Program-made: the position numbers and the translations under genes
Assembly (NCBI GenBank): GCA_021788015.1
Contig: JAJYLD010000001.1
Location: forward strand, 209,581-273,580
Source: a bacterium
Lineage (GTDB): Bacteria > Patescibacteriota > Patescibacteriia > Patescibacteriales > JAKAJF01
Length of the DNA: 64,000 bases
Direction: 5' to 3'
The notes under the pieces: model-generated
What the model saw: the letters and a program-made list of their open reading frames with translations, nothing else
What the model was told of the DNA's origin: nothing
Databases searched by the model: none
Shown here: positions 53,214 to 61,552 of the stretch, piece after piece
Layout: the number at the start of each line of letters is the position of its first letter
Position numbering within the stretch: the stretch's first letter is position 1

Positions 53214-54017
53214 ATGAAAATCAAAGCCAGTTTACATATTCATACCAAAGAAGATAAAAAAGAGGGTTTTTTTATAAGCTACTCGATTTATGATTTAATT
53301 GATCATGCGAAATTGTTAGGCTTCAGGGTCTTGGCCTTGACGACCCATAAAACTTTTGTTTATAAGGAAGAGTACGGAAAGTACGCGGAAGAGAAAGGCA
53401 TTTTACTAATCCCCGGAATCGAACTTGATATGCATGCGCCGTTTTTAAAACGATGCCATATTCTCGTTTTAAATTGCGAAAAAGACATCGAGAAAGTAAA
53501 AACATTTTCTGATCTGAAAAAATACAAAAAAAAGAATCCGAAAATTTTTATCATCGCCCCTCATCCCAATTTCGACTATTTCAATTCGATGGGCATGCGC
53601 AATTTGAAAAAATATATCGGACTTTTTGACGCGATCGAACATTCTTGGTTTTTTTCAACATTCTTGAATTTTAACAGACGCGCGGGAAGAATCGCAAAAA
53701 AATTCAAAAAGCCCTTTATCGCCACGGCCGATTGTCATACCCTTGATTTTTTCAATTCCGATTACATAACCCTTGACTTAAAAAAAATGGACGCCGATTC
53801 CGTATTCAAAAAATTAAGAGAAAGAAAGTTTGAAAATGTGACCAAACGAAAAAAATTCTTGAAAATAATTTTTTATTATCTTAAAGAATTTATCTTTAAA
53901 TATTACGGATTGCTTTTGATCGTAAAAATTAAGAACATTTTAGAAAAAGATACGAATCCCGTTAGAAGCCGCGATCGCTTTAATGGGGAAAAAATAAAAC
54001 ATGAAAAAATTTCATAA
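53214..54017 (+). CDS. PHP family metal-dependent phosphoesterase
   Basis: The ATG at 53214 gives MKIKASLHIHTKED (HxH motif), with later TTH, APHP and ADCH metal-ligand motifs. The last 22 codons run through the left arm of SCAIR copy C. Confidence 0.7.
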   Translation: MKIKASLHIHTKEDKKEGFFISYSIYDLIDHAKLLGFRVLALTTHKTFVYKEEYGKYAEEKGILLIPGIELDMHAPFLKRCHILVLNCEKDIEKVKTFSDLKKYKKKNPKIFIIAPHPNFDYFNSMGMRNLKKYIGLFDAIEHSWFFSTFLNFNRRAGRIAKKFKKPFIATADCHTLDFFNSDYITLDLKKMDADSVFKKLRERKFENVTKRKKFLKIIFYYLKEFIFKYYGLLLIVKIKNILEKDTNPVRSRDRFNGEKIKHEKIS

Positions 54018-54188
54018 TAATATGCAGATTATAGAATCAAAATTTTTTTTGATCGCGATCCCGATACAACAAATCCTGTCGGATTTGGCTACGGGACAAG
54101 TTCTATCGCACAAAACTTATTTTAACTACGTCTCGCCCCGTAGTCACCGAGTTTACGAGGTGTACTACCGGGGTCTGCTTCTAACGGG
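53952..54188 (+). repeat. SCAIR element, long form, copy C
   Basis: The left arm ACGAAT-CCCGTTAGAAGC lies inside the 3' end of the PHP gene, and the right arm GTCTGCTTCTAACGGG ends at 54188, before ATG 54189. Confidence 0.8.
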
Positions 54189-55745
54189 ATGGATTATCTA
54201 AAAATTGGAAAAGCCACGGATCTCGATGGCGGGGATAAAAAATTATACCGGTTTTTGGAAATTCTTCCCGGCTCGCTTTCCTGGGCGACTTTAATCATTT
54301 TAACTTTGGCATCTTATCTCTGGCCGGTATGGGCGGCTTATTTTATTATCGCCTTTGACGTTTATTGGCTCTTATTGGTCGCTTTTCTTGGAATTCATTT
54401 GATTGTCAGTTATCGCAAATTGACGCAAAACAAAAAAGTGAATTGGGAAAAGGAATGTGAAAAAATCGATCTTTCCGATTCCGGTTTCAGTTTCGATTCC
54501 TGGCGAGACGTTTATCATCTCATAATTTTCCCGACCTATAACGAGAGCCTGGAAATTATCCGCCCCAGCATAGAAAGCGTTTTAAACGACGGCTATCCTT
54601 TGGATAAAATTATTCTGGTTTTGGCGATTGAAGAACGCGGCGGTCCCGAAGCTTTGGAGCGCGCGAAAACGATCGAGCGAGAATACGGAAATAAATTCGG
54701 ACATTTTTTAATTACCACCCATCCCGATGGAATTGTCGGAGAACTTAAAGCAAAGGGCGCGAACCAAGCATGGGCGGCCCGAGAGGTCAAAGAAAAAATT
54801 ATCGACAAAGAGGGGATCGATTACGATCGTATACTTGTGAGCGTTTTTGATATCGATACGATTGTGGATAAAGGTTATTTTTTCCGTCTGACCCAAAAAT
54901 TTTTAACTTCAAAAAATCCTTATCGCGCCAGTTATCAGCCGGTTCCTGTTTATTTCAACAATCTTTGGGAAGCGCCTTTTTTCGCGCGCGTGGCCGCATC
55001 CTCGAACACTTTTTGGCAAATGATGCAACAGATCAGGGAAGAAAAATTGGCGACGTATTCATCTCACTCTATGACATGGAAAGCTTTGGTTGAAATAGGA
55101 TTTTGGTCGACAAGTATGGTTAGCGAGGACTCAAGAATTTTTTGGCATTGTTTTTTGTATTATAACGGCGATTATCGAGTGGAACCGCTTTATTTTCCGG
55201 TATCGATGGACGTTACCATGGATGAAAGCTTTAAAAAAACCATGATCAATTTGTACAAACAGCAAAGGAGATGGGGCTGGGGCGTGGAAAATTTGCCCTA
55301 TCTTATGTTTAATACGATAAAAAGATGGAAAATTTTGCCAAAAAAAGGAAAAATGATCAATCGCATTTCGGTTCAACTTTATGGATTTCACTCCTGGGCG
55401 ACAAACGCCCTTATTATCGGTATTATCGGTTGGTTTCCCGTTCTTCTTGGGGGGGGGCGGTTTAATTCCACCGTGCTCTCCGGAAATTTACCTTATATAA
55501 GTCGAACGTTAATGACCTTGGCTATGGGCGGCATGGTTTTATCGGCCGTCGTTTCAACATTGCTTTTGCCCGAAAGACCGAAAAGATACGGATTTATAAA
55601 AAATATTATCATGTTTTTTCAATGGTTGATTCTGCCATTGAGCATAATTATTTTCGGATCCATCCCCGGGTTGGAGGCGCAGACTCGCTTGATGTTGGGC
55701 AAATATATGGGTTTCTTTGTTACGCCGAAAGCGAGAAAAAGTTAG
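54189..55745 (+). CDS. Membrane-embedded GT2-like synthase with a QxxRW motif
   Basis: N-terminal TMs, a GT-A-like core (IIFPTYNESLE, VFDIDT, SEDSRIF), YKQQRRWGWG, and C-terminal TM helices. Confidence 0.75.
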   Translation: MDYLKIGKATDLDGGDKKLYRFLEILPGSLSWATLIILTLASYLWPVWAAYFIIAFDVYWLLLVAFLGIHLIVSYRKLTQNKKVNWEKECEKIDLSDSGFSFDSWRDVYHLIIFPTYNESLEIIRPSIESVLNDGYPLDKIILVLAIEERGGPEALERAKTIEREYGNKFGHFLITTHPDGIVGELKAKGANQAWAAREVKEKIIDKEGIDYDRILVSVFDIDTIVDKGYFFRLTQKFLTSKNPYRASYQPVPVYFNNLWEAPFFARVAASSNTFWQMMQQIREEKLATYSSHSMTWKALVEIGFWSTSMVSEDSRIFWHCFLYYNGDYRVEPLYFPVSMDVTMDESFKKTMINLYKQQRRWGWGVENLPYLMFNTIKRWKILPKKGKMINRISVQLYGFHSWATNALIIGIIGWFPVLLGGGRFNSTVLSGNLPYISRTLMTLAMGGMVLSAVVSTLLLPERPKRYGFIKNIIMFFQWLILPLSIIIFGSIPGLEAQTRLMLGKYMGFFVTPKARKS

Positions 55746-55924
55746 AGACGGAAAAACAGACGGCGGATGACACGATTTAAATCTTAAACGAAACGTTTTA
55801 GATTGCCAAATTGTTGATAAATTTATGAAAAGCGATTTGACAATTCGACAATTTAGCAATTTTACACAAAATTTATTTCCCGTCGTTCCGTTACCCGTTG
55901 TCTATTTTGTGGTATAATGTTGAC

Positions 55925-56350
55925 ATGGCGCGCGAAGGAAAAAATTTTAAAGCATTTTTATTCAATCAAAGAACTTTGGCCATTTTAGGCTTAGCCGTAC
56001 TTATTTTGATTGCGCTTCCCTTATTTCGCAATATTTCCCAGAGGTACGAAATAAGCAAAGAAATAAAAGACACACAAAACGAAATAAATAAAATTGAAAA
56101 CAAAAATAACGATTTGAAAAATTTGATCGATTATTTGGGATCAAAACAATATTTAGAAGAAAAAGCAAGGCTGAATTTCGGTTTGGAAAAACCGGGAGAG
56201 CAAGTTGTCGTTGTTGAAAATTCGGGGCAAAATCAATCAAGCAGTTCCGATAATAACGCGATTTTCAGTTTGCCGAAAAATCAAATTCAACCCGCTTCCG
56301 CCGGAAAGAATAACGTCGATAGATGGATAAGTTATTTTTTTAAGAAATAA
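55925..56350 (+). CDS. ftsB: Septum formation initiator family protein (FtsB/DivIC-like)
   Basis: Short cytoplasmic tail, one TM (LAILGLAVLILIALPLF), a coiled coil (EIKDTQNEINKIENKNNDLKNLI), and YLEEKARLNFGLEKPGE. Confidence 0.75.
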   Translation: MAREGKNFKAFLFNQRTLAILGLAVLILIALPLFRNISQRYEISKEIKDTQNEINKIENKNNDLKNLIDYLGSKQYLEEKARLNFGLEKPGEQVVVVENSGQNQSSSSDNNAIFSLPKNQIQPASAGKNNVDRWISYFFKK

Positions 56351-56407
56351 AGCAACCATTTTCGTTATTGCCGAAAGTTACATGGGTGCCCCGCCTGCCA
56401 TCGCCAA

Positions 56408-56478
56408 AGCCCTCTGTCAGAATCGAACTGACGTATGTGGTTTACGATACCACTGTTCTGCCACTGAACTAAGAGGGC
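56408..56478 (-). tRNA. tRNA-Thr (anticodon CGU)
   Basis: Minus-strand cloverleaf: acceptor GCCCTCT/AGAGGGC, D arm GTTC-AGTGGCA-GAAC, anticodon arm GTGGT-ATCGTAA-ACCAC, T arm GTCAG-TTCGATT-CTGAC. CCA is not encoded. Confidence 0.9.
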
Positions 56479-56531
56479 TCAAGCCATGGCGGGCAAGGCG
56501 GGCGGGAATCGGTTTCTGCATCGCCGGAATG

Positions 56532-56602
56532 AGCAGGATACGAGAATCGAACTCGCGCCCTCTGCTTGGGAAGCAGACATACTGCCACTGTACTAATCCT
56601 GC
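56532..56602 (-). tRNA. tRNA-Gly (anticodon CCC)
   Basis: Minus-strand cloverleaf: acceptor GCAGGAT/ATCCTGC, D arm GTAC-AGTGGCA-GTAT, anticodon arm TCTGC-TTCCCAA-GCAGA, T arm GCGAG-TTCGATT-CTCGT, discriminator U. CCA is not encoded. Confidence 0.9.
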
Positions 56603-56657
56603 CGAATCACATTCGCGAAAACATTTATTATTATATTCAAATTTTTAACTAAAGTCA

Positions 56658-58208
56658 ATGCGAAATTTTAAAAAAAATTTAATCTTTATCGTTCTCGGCG
56701 CTTTGGTTATAAACGGTTTCGCTTATGCCGACCTCAATAAAGACGAGGTAAAAACTTATAAGATTACGGCAAACAATCCCGAGCCGATCGCGGACGCGCT
56801 TAATAATTTTAAAGTACTTCTTCTCCCGAAAACGTTTTCTTCGAGTAATGAGCTCAACTTGATAGACATAAACGAACCGATGAATTTTCCCTGGAAATTG
56901 GAAAAGTTGAGCGATGTTTACCAATTCGATTTTGAAAATAAAAATGCGTACGCGAAGAACAAGCCTATCTATATTCAAATCGGATACGACAAAAAATCAA
57001 ATTATTTAAAAAAAGTTTACTACTTTAACAGATTTACCGACACATGGAAATCATTGCCGACAAGGGATTATCCGAAGCAAAATTATGTAATTGCGCAGGT
57101 GCCGTTTCTTTTCGCGCGATTGGCCGTATTCGCCGACCCCGATTTTATGGCCGTGGGAGACGCGAGTTGGTACAGATACGAATACGGACTTTTCGCCGCT
57201 TCGCCCGATTATTCGATGGGAACGAAATTGCGCGTTTACAATTTGGATAATAACAAATCGGTCGAAGTTACGGTCAATGATTTCGGACCGGACAGAAACG
57301 CGTATCCGACAAGAGTCGTCGACTTGGACATCCAGGCTTTCAAAAAAATCTCATCTCCCAGCGCCGGCATAGCTAACGTCTTGGTGGAACCGATTGGAAT
57401 TACCGAATCAATTGAATCTCCCGACATAAAAATAAAAGCGAAATCGGCGGAAATTTTTGATTCTAAAACCGGAGAAGTTGTTTACAGTAAAAATCCCAAT
57501 GAAGTCAGACCATTGGCCAGTTTGACAAAGTTGGTCGCGGCCGATGTTTTTCTAAATACTCATCCGGATATGAATAAAATCGTAAAATATAGCGTGCGGG
57601 ATGAAAATTATAATTATAAATATGTCGATTACAAATGGCAGGTGGAACGTTTAAGAGTAAAGGATGGCGATACTTTAAGCATACAAGATTTATTTGACTC
57701 GGCCTTAATCGGTTCGGAAAATAACGCGGTTGAAAGCTTGGTTCGCGTAAGCGGCTTATCAAGATCGGAATTTATAGATAAAATGAATCAAACGGTCGCT
57801 TCATGGGGAGCCACTTCCACGCATTTTGAAGAACCGACCGGCCTTTCTCCGAAAAACGTGAGTTCGGCTCATGATTATGCTATAATAGCGGATGAGGTTT
57901 TAAACAATCCGATAATCCGAAAAACGAGCACCATGACCGAGTACCGATTTACGACTCGGAACACGAAAAAACTTCACATAGTGAGAAATACCGATAATTT
58001 GCTTTTAAGTCCCGACTTTAAAATTACGGGATCGAAAACCGGTTACCTCGATGAAGCCGGTCATTGTCTGATGATCGGTGCGCAAGCGAAAAATGGCGAC
58101 CAAATCATAGTGGTGACGCTCGGAGAAAAAACAAAAGACGACAGTTTGAAAGAAACGGATGATTTGATGCGTTACGGGATAAACAAAATAAACGACAATA
58201 ATTTATGA
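56658..58208 (+). CDS. Fusion of an RlpA-like DPBB domain and a D-alanyl-D-alanine carboxypeptidase (S11, PBP5-like)
   Basis: Signal/anchor sequence. The middle part, GDASWYRY...GTKLRVYNLDNNKSVEVTVNDFGP, is the RlpA double-psi beta-barrel. The C-terminal part has SLTK (SxxK), SEN (SxN) and KTG motifs. Confidence 0.75.
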   Translation: MRNFKKNLIFIVLGALVINGFAYADLNKDEVKTYKITANNPEPIADALNNFKVLLLPKTFSSSNELNLIDINEPMNFPWKLEKLSDVYQFDFENKNAYAKNKPIYIQIGYDKKSNYLKKVYYFNRFTDTWKSLPTRDYPKQNYVIAQVPFLFARLAVFADPDFMAVGDASWYRYEYGLFAASPDYSMGTKLRVYNLDNNKSVEVTVNDFGPDRNAYPTRVVDLDIQAFKKISSPSAGIANVLVEPIGITESIESPDIKIKAKSAEIFDSKTGEVVYSKNPNEVRPLASLTKLVAADVFLNTHPDMNKIVKYSVRDENYNYKYVDYKWQVERLRVKDGDTLSIQDLFDSALIGSENNAVESLVRVSGLSRSEFIDKMNQTVASWGATSTHFEEPTGLSPKNVSSAHDYAIIADEVLNNPIIRKTSTMTEYRFTTRNTKKLHIVRNTDNLLLSPDFKITGSKTGYLDEAGHCLMIGAQAKNGDQIIVVTLGEKTKDDSLKETDDLMRYGINKINDNNL

Positions 58209-58885
58209 TTCGATTACAAAATGTAACAAAAATTTATCATCCCGACATCAAAGCTCTGAACAAAGTCAATTTACATATCCGACCGGGAGAATTCGTTTCC
58301 ATTGTCGGCCAATCGGGAACCGGTAAAACGACTTTGGTCAAAACTTTGATCGGCGAAGAAAAAGTTTCGGGCGGAAAAGTGATAGTGGGCGGTTGGGACA
58401 TAACTCGTATCGGCCAATCGGAAATTCCGGTTTTGCGCCGGCAGATCGGAGTGGTTTTTCAAGACTTTAAATTGTTGCCCAAAAAAACTTTATTCGAAAA
58501 TGTTTCTTTCGCTTTGCAGGTTTGCGGTTACCCGGTTAAAAAAATAAAGAGTATCGTCCCGCAAGTGATGAAAATCGTCGGACTCGAAGGGAAAATGAAT
58601 CGTTACCCCCAGGAAGTTTCCGGTGGGGAACAACAAAGGACCGTTATAGCAAGATCTCTCGTTCATCGTCCGAAAATCCTTTTGGCCGACGAGCCGACCG
58701 GAAATCTCGATTCGATAAATACGAATGAAATTATCGACTTGCTTTTGAAAATCAACAAATTCGGAACGACGGTTGTTTTGGTTACTCACAATCGTGAAGT
58801 GGTCAATCAATTGCGCAAACGCGTTATCACTGTGGAAAATGGCATTATTGTAAGCGATCAAGCGGTTGGAAAGTATGTGCTTTAA
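58205..58885 (+). CDS. ftsE: Cell division ATP-binding protein FtsE
   Basis: MIRLQNVTKIY, GQSGTGKTT, the LSGGEQQR-like VSGGEQQR, and LLADEPTGNLD. It is adjacent to ftsX. Confidence 0.9.
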   Translation: MIRLQNVTKIYHPDIKALNKVNLHIRPGEFVSIVGQSGTGKTTLVKTLIGEEKVSGGKVIVGGWDITRIGQSEIPVLRRQIGVVFQDFKLLPKKTLFENVSFALQVCGYPVKKIKSIVPQVMKIVGLEGKMNRYPQEVSGGEQQRTVIARSLVHRPKILLADEPTGNLDSINTNEIIDLLLKINKFGTTVVLVTHNREVVNQLRKRVITVENGIIVSDQAVGKYVL

Positions 58886-59057
58886 ACAGAAAGAACGGAA
58901 TTACATATAAAATTTCTAATTTCTAAATCGTAATTCCCAATAAAAATTCCAAGTTTTAATTTTGATTTTTTTAGCATTGGATATTTTATTGGAAATTAGA
59001 AATTATAATTTAGGCATTTTCTTATATTTTTTTGATTTATATTTTAATTTTTTTAAC

Positions 59058-59972
59058 ATGTTTATTGTTTCATTTCTTCGCGTAATAAAATTCAGCATAC
59101 AGGACATAGCCCGAAATATTTGGTTATCGATAGCCACAATTATGATTCTTATTTTGGCCCTATTCTCGGTGAATATGCTTTTAACCGTCGATTTGGTGAG
59201 TAAGGCGGCGATCGAGTCGATTCGAAACAAAATCGACGTTAATTTATACATAAATCCGAGCGCCGATGAAAACGCGATTTTGGCTTTAAAGGCGGAAATA
59301 AGCAACATAAATCAAGTCAAGGACGTGACTTACATTTCAAAAGACGAGGCCATGAATATTTTTCAACAAAGACACCAAAACAATCCGGAAATTTTGGAAG
59401 CTTTGCGCGAATTGGGAGAAAATCCTTTGACTCCGGCCTTGGTAATCAAGCCGAAAAACATAGATCAGTACGATTCTCTGATTAACGCTTTAAATGCGAT
59501 TGATAACCCGATCATCCAGTCGAGAAATTTCGAAGATCATAAAGCTTTATTGGAAAAAGTGAATAACATTTCCCATAAAGTCAGCGAAGCCGGATTGATT
59601 ATAAGCGGTATTTTTATTTTAATAACCTTGTTGGTCGTTTATAACGCTATTCGCGTCGCCATTTACACTCATCGTAAAGAAATTGGAATTATGCGGCTTG
59701 TCGGCGCTTCGAATTGGTTCGTTCGCGCGCCCTTCCTTTTTTCAAGTGTCATTTACGCGTTTATAGGCGTTCTTGCCATAATTTTGATTTTTTATCCGTT
59801 CTTGTCCTTGCTTCAACCTTATCTCGAGGCGTTCTTTATAGATTACCAAATTAATTTGATTTCTTTCTTTAATTCTCATTTTCTCTATATTTTCGGCCTT
59901 GAATTCTTGGGGGCGGTAGCGATAAACGGAATTGCCAGCTTAATAGCCGTGGGGAAGTATTCGCGAGTTTAA
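59058..59972 (+). CDS. ftsX: Cell division permease FtsX
   Basis: The ATG at 59058 (MFIVSFLRVIKFSIQDIARNIWLS), one TM, a periplasmic domain, then three TMs, with the FtsX motif EIGIMRLVGASNWF. Confidence 0.85.
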   Translation: MFIVSFLRVIKFSIQDIARNIWLSIATIMILILALFSVNMLLTVDLVSKAAIESIRNKIDVNLYINPSADENAILALKAEISNINQVKDVTYISKDEAMNIFQQRHQNNPEILEALRELGENPLTPALVIKPKNIDQYDSLINALNAIDNPIIQSRNFEDHKALLEKVNNISHKVSEAGLIISGIFILITLLVVYNAIRVAIYTHRKEIGIMRLVGASNWFVRAPFLFSSVIYAFIGVLAIILIFYPFLSLLQPYLEAFFIDYQINLISFFNSHFLYIFGLEFLGAVAINGIASLIAVGKYSRV

Positions 59973-60005
59973 AAAATAAAAAAATACAAGATTCTTTTGG
60001 AACTT

Positions 60006-60125
60006 GGTTTAATTTCTAATTTTTAATTTTAATGTTTGTAACCAGAAGCCGATCTTTTCTAATTTAAAATTAAAATCATTAAAAATTGTTTAAAAATTAA
60101 AAATTATAAAATTAGAAATTAAACC
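60006..60125. repeat. AT-rich long hairpin (TTCTAAT word family) between ftsX and mnmA
   Basis: GGTTTAATTTCTAATTTT (60006-60023) is the exact reverse complement of AAAATTAGAAATTAAACC (60108-60125). The interior is also self-complementary AT words. Confidence 0.8.
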
Positions 60126-60166
60126 GACTTGTGTTTAATCCCATTCGGTGCTAGACTTTTTCCGAT

Positions 60167-61333
60167 ATGCCCAGAAAAAACAAAAAAATTATTGTCGCCA
60201 TGTCCGGAGGTGTTGATTCTTCGGTCGCGGCCGGACTTTTGAAAAACCAGGGGTATGAACCGACTGGTATTTTTTTGCATTTCTGGAAAGAAGACATCGA
60301 AGGCGAGAGCAGTGAAAATAAGTGCTGTTCGATTAGCTCTTTAATGGACGCGCGAAGAGTTTGCCAGCGCATGGGCATTCCTTTGTATACATTCAATTTT
60401 TCTCAACCGTTTAAGAAAAAAATTGTCGATGATTTTTTGCATGAATATAAAATTGGACATACGCCCAACCCTTGTGTTCGTTGCAATAAATATGTAAAAC
60501 TGGGGATGCTGATCGAGCGCGCGAAAAAATTGGGCTATGGCCATGTCGCAAGCGGACATTACGCGAGAATCAAAAAAACCGATCTCGCCGGCGGGCGGGC
60601 AAAAAATCAAAAAGGCAAGAAAACAAAAATTATCTATAAATTGTATCGCGCCAAAGATAAAGACAAGGATCAGTCTTATTTTTTGTATACATTTACCCAA
60701 GACGAATTAAAACATTTACTTTTCCCGCTCGGCGATTACGCAAAACCGCAAGTTCGCGCTTTGGCAAAAAAATATAAATTTAGTGTGGCGGAAAAAAAGG
60801 AAAGTCAAGAAATTTGCTTCGTCTCGGGAAAATCTCATAATGATTTTTTAAAAAGACATTTGAAATTAAAAAAGGGTCCGATAAAACTTCTTTCCAATTC
60901 TCTTTCTAGTCCTCTCCTAATTAGGACAGGGAATAAGGGTGAGGTTGTAGGTGAACACGGAGGTTTGCCTCTTTACACAATCGGACAAAGGAAAGGCGTG
61001 GAAATAGGCGGCATCGGACCATTTTATGTCGCCAAAACCGATCACAAAACAAATACATTATATGTGGTTGCCGATGGGAATAACCCGATTCTTTTCAGGG
61101 ATCACCTTTGGGCGAAAAATATAAACTGGATTTCCGGCAAAACGCCAAAAATGCCATTTTCGTGCGCAGCCGTCATAAGGTATCGCCATAAACCCGTGAA
61201 ATGCCAAATTAAAAAAGAAAATAACCAATATTACATAAAATTTATTGAACCACAACGCGCCGTAACCCCGGGTCAAAGTATTGTCTTTTACAAAGGCGAA
61301 GAGGTTTTAGGCGGAGGAATTATTGTAAGATAA
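60167..61333 (+). CDS. mnmA: tRNA 2-thiouridine(34) synthase MnmA
   Basis: IIVAMSGGVDSSVAA PP-loop, NPCVRCN, DQSYFL and YTIGQRKG. It contains two extra segments relative to the usual family layout. Confidence 0.9.
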   Translation: MPRKNKKIIVAMSGGVDSSVAAGLLKNQGYEPTGIFLHFWKEDIEGESSENKCCSISSLMDARRVCQRMGIPLYTFNFSQPFKKKIVDDFLHEYKIGHTPNPCVRCNKYVKLGMLIERAKKLGYGHVASGHYARIKKTDLAGGRAKNQKGKKTKIIYKLYRAKDKDKDQSYFLYTFTQDELKHLLFPLGDYAKPQVRALAKKYKFSVAEKKESQEICFVSGKSHNDFLKRHLKLKKGPIKLLSNSLSSPLLIRTGNKGEVVGEHGGLPLYTIGQRKGVEIGGIGPFYVAKTDHKTNTLYVVADGNNPILFRDHLWAKNINWISGKTPKMPFSCAAVIRYRHKPVKCQIKKENNQYYIKFIEPQRAVTPGQSIVFYKGEEVLGGGIIVR

Positions 61334-61491
61334 GAGAAAAAAATAAATTTGACACGCAAAATTAAGTTTTTGTGTGTTTTTTTATTGTTTCTTTATTTTT
61401 TCTATATCAAGATGTGGTACGGTTGTTTGTTTCCATTTTGGAAACAAAGTTTAGGGCGTCTGTAGTGGTGGCTATAGATTTTATCAAACTA

Positions 61492-61519
61492 TTGACAAAA
61501 CGGGAGGGTATGTTAATGT
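61492..61519 (+). promoter_or_regulatory. Sigma-70-type promoter with extended -10
   Basis: TTGACA (61492-61497), a 16-nt spacer ending in TGt, then TAATGT (61514-61519). Confidence 0.55.
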
Positions 61520-61552
61520 GCTTTGTCTGGCCAATCTATAAGGGGGTGCAAC

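Noticed and set aside
53958-54188. Resemblance of the arms (GTTAGAA ... TTCTAAC) to integron attC core sites (GTTRRRY / RYYYAAC)
   Set aside because: The order is reversed relative to attC (RYYYAAC first, GTTRRRY last). No integrase or attI is present. The elements sit at the 5' ends of genes rather than the 3' ends.
54001-54201. 66-aa plus-strand ORF spanning SCAIR copy C, and 15009-15194 minus spanning copy A
   Set aside because: The corresponding frames are broken by 1-nt indels and stops in the sister copies. Substitutions between copies show no third-position bias, so the conserved core is non-coding.
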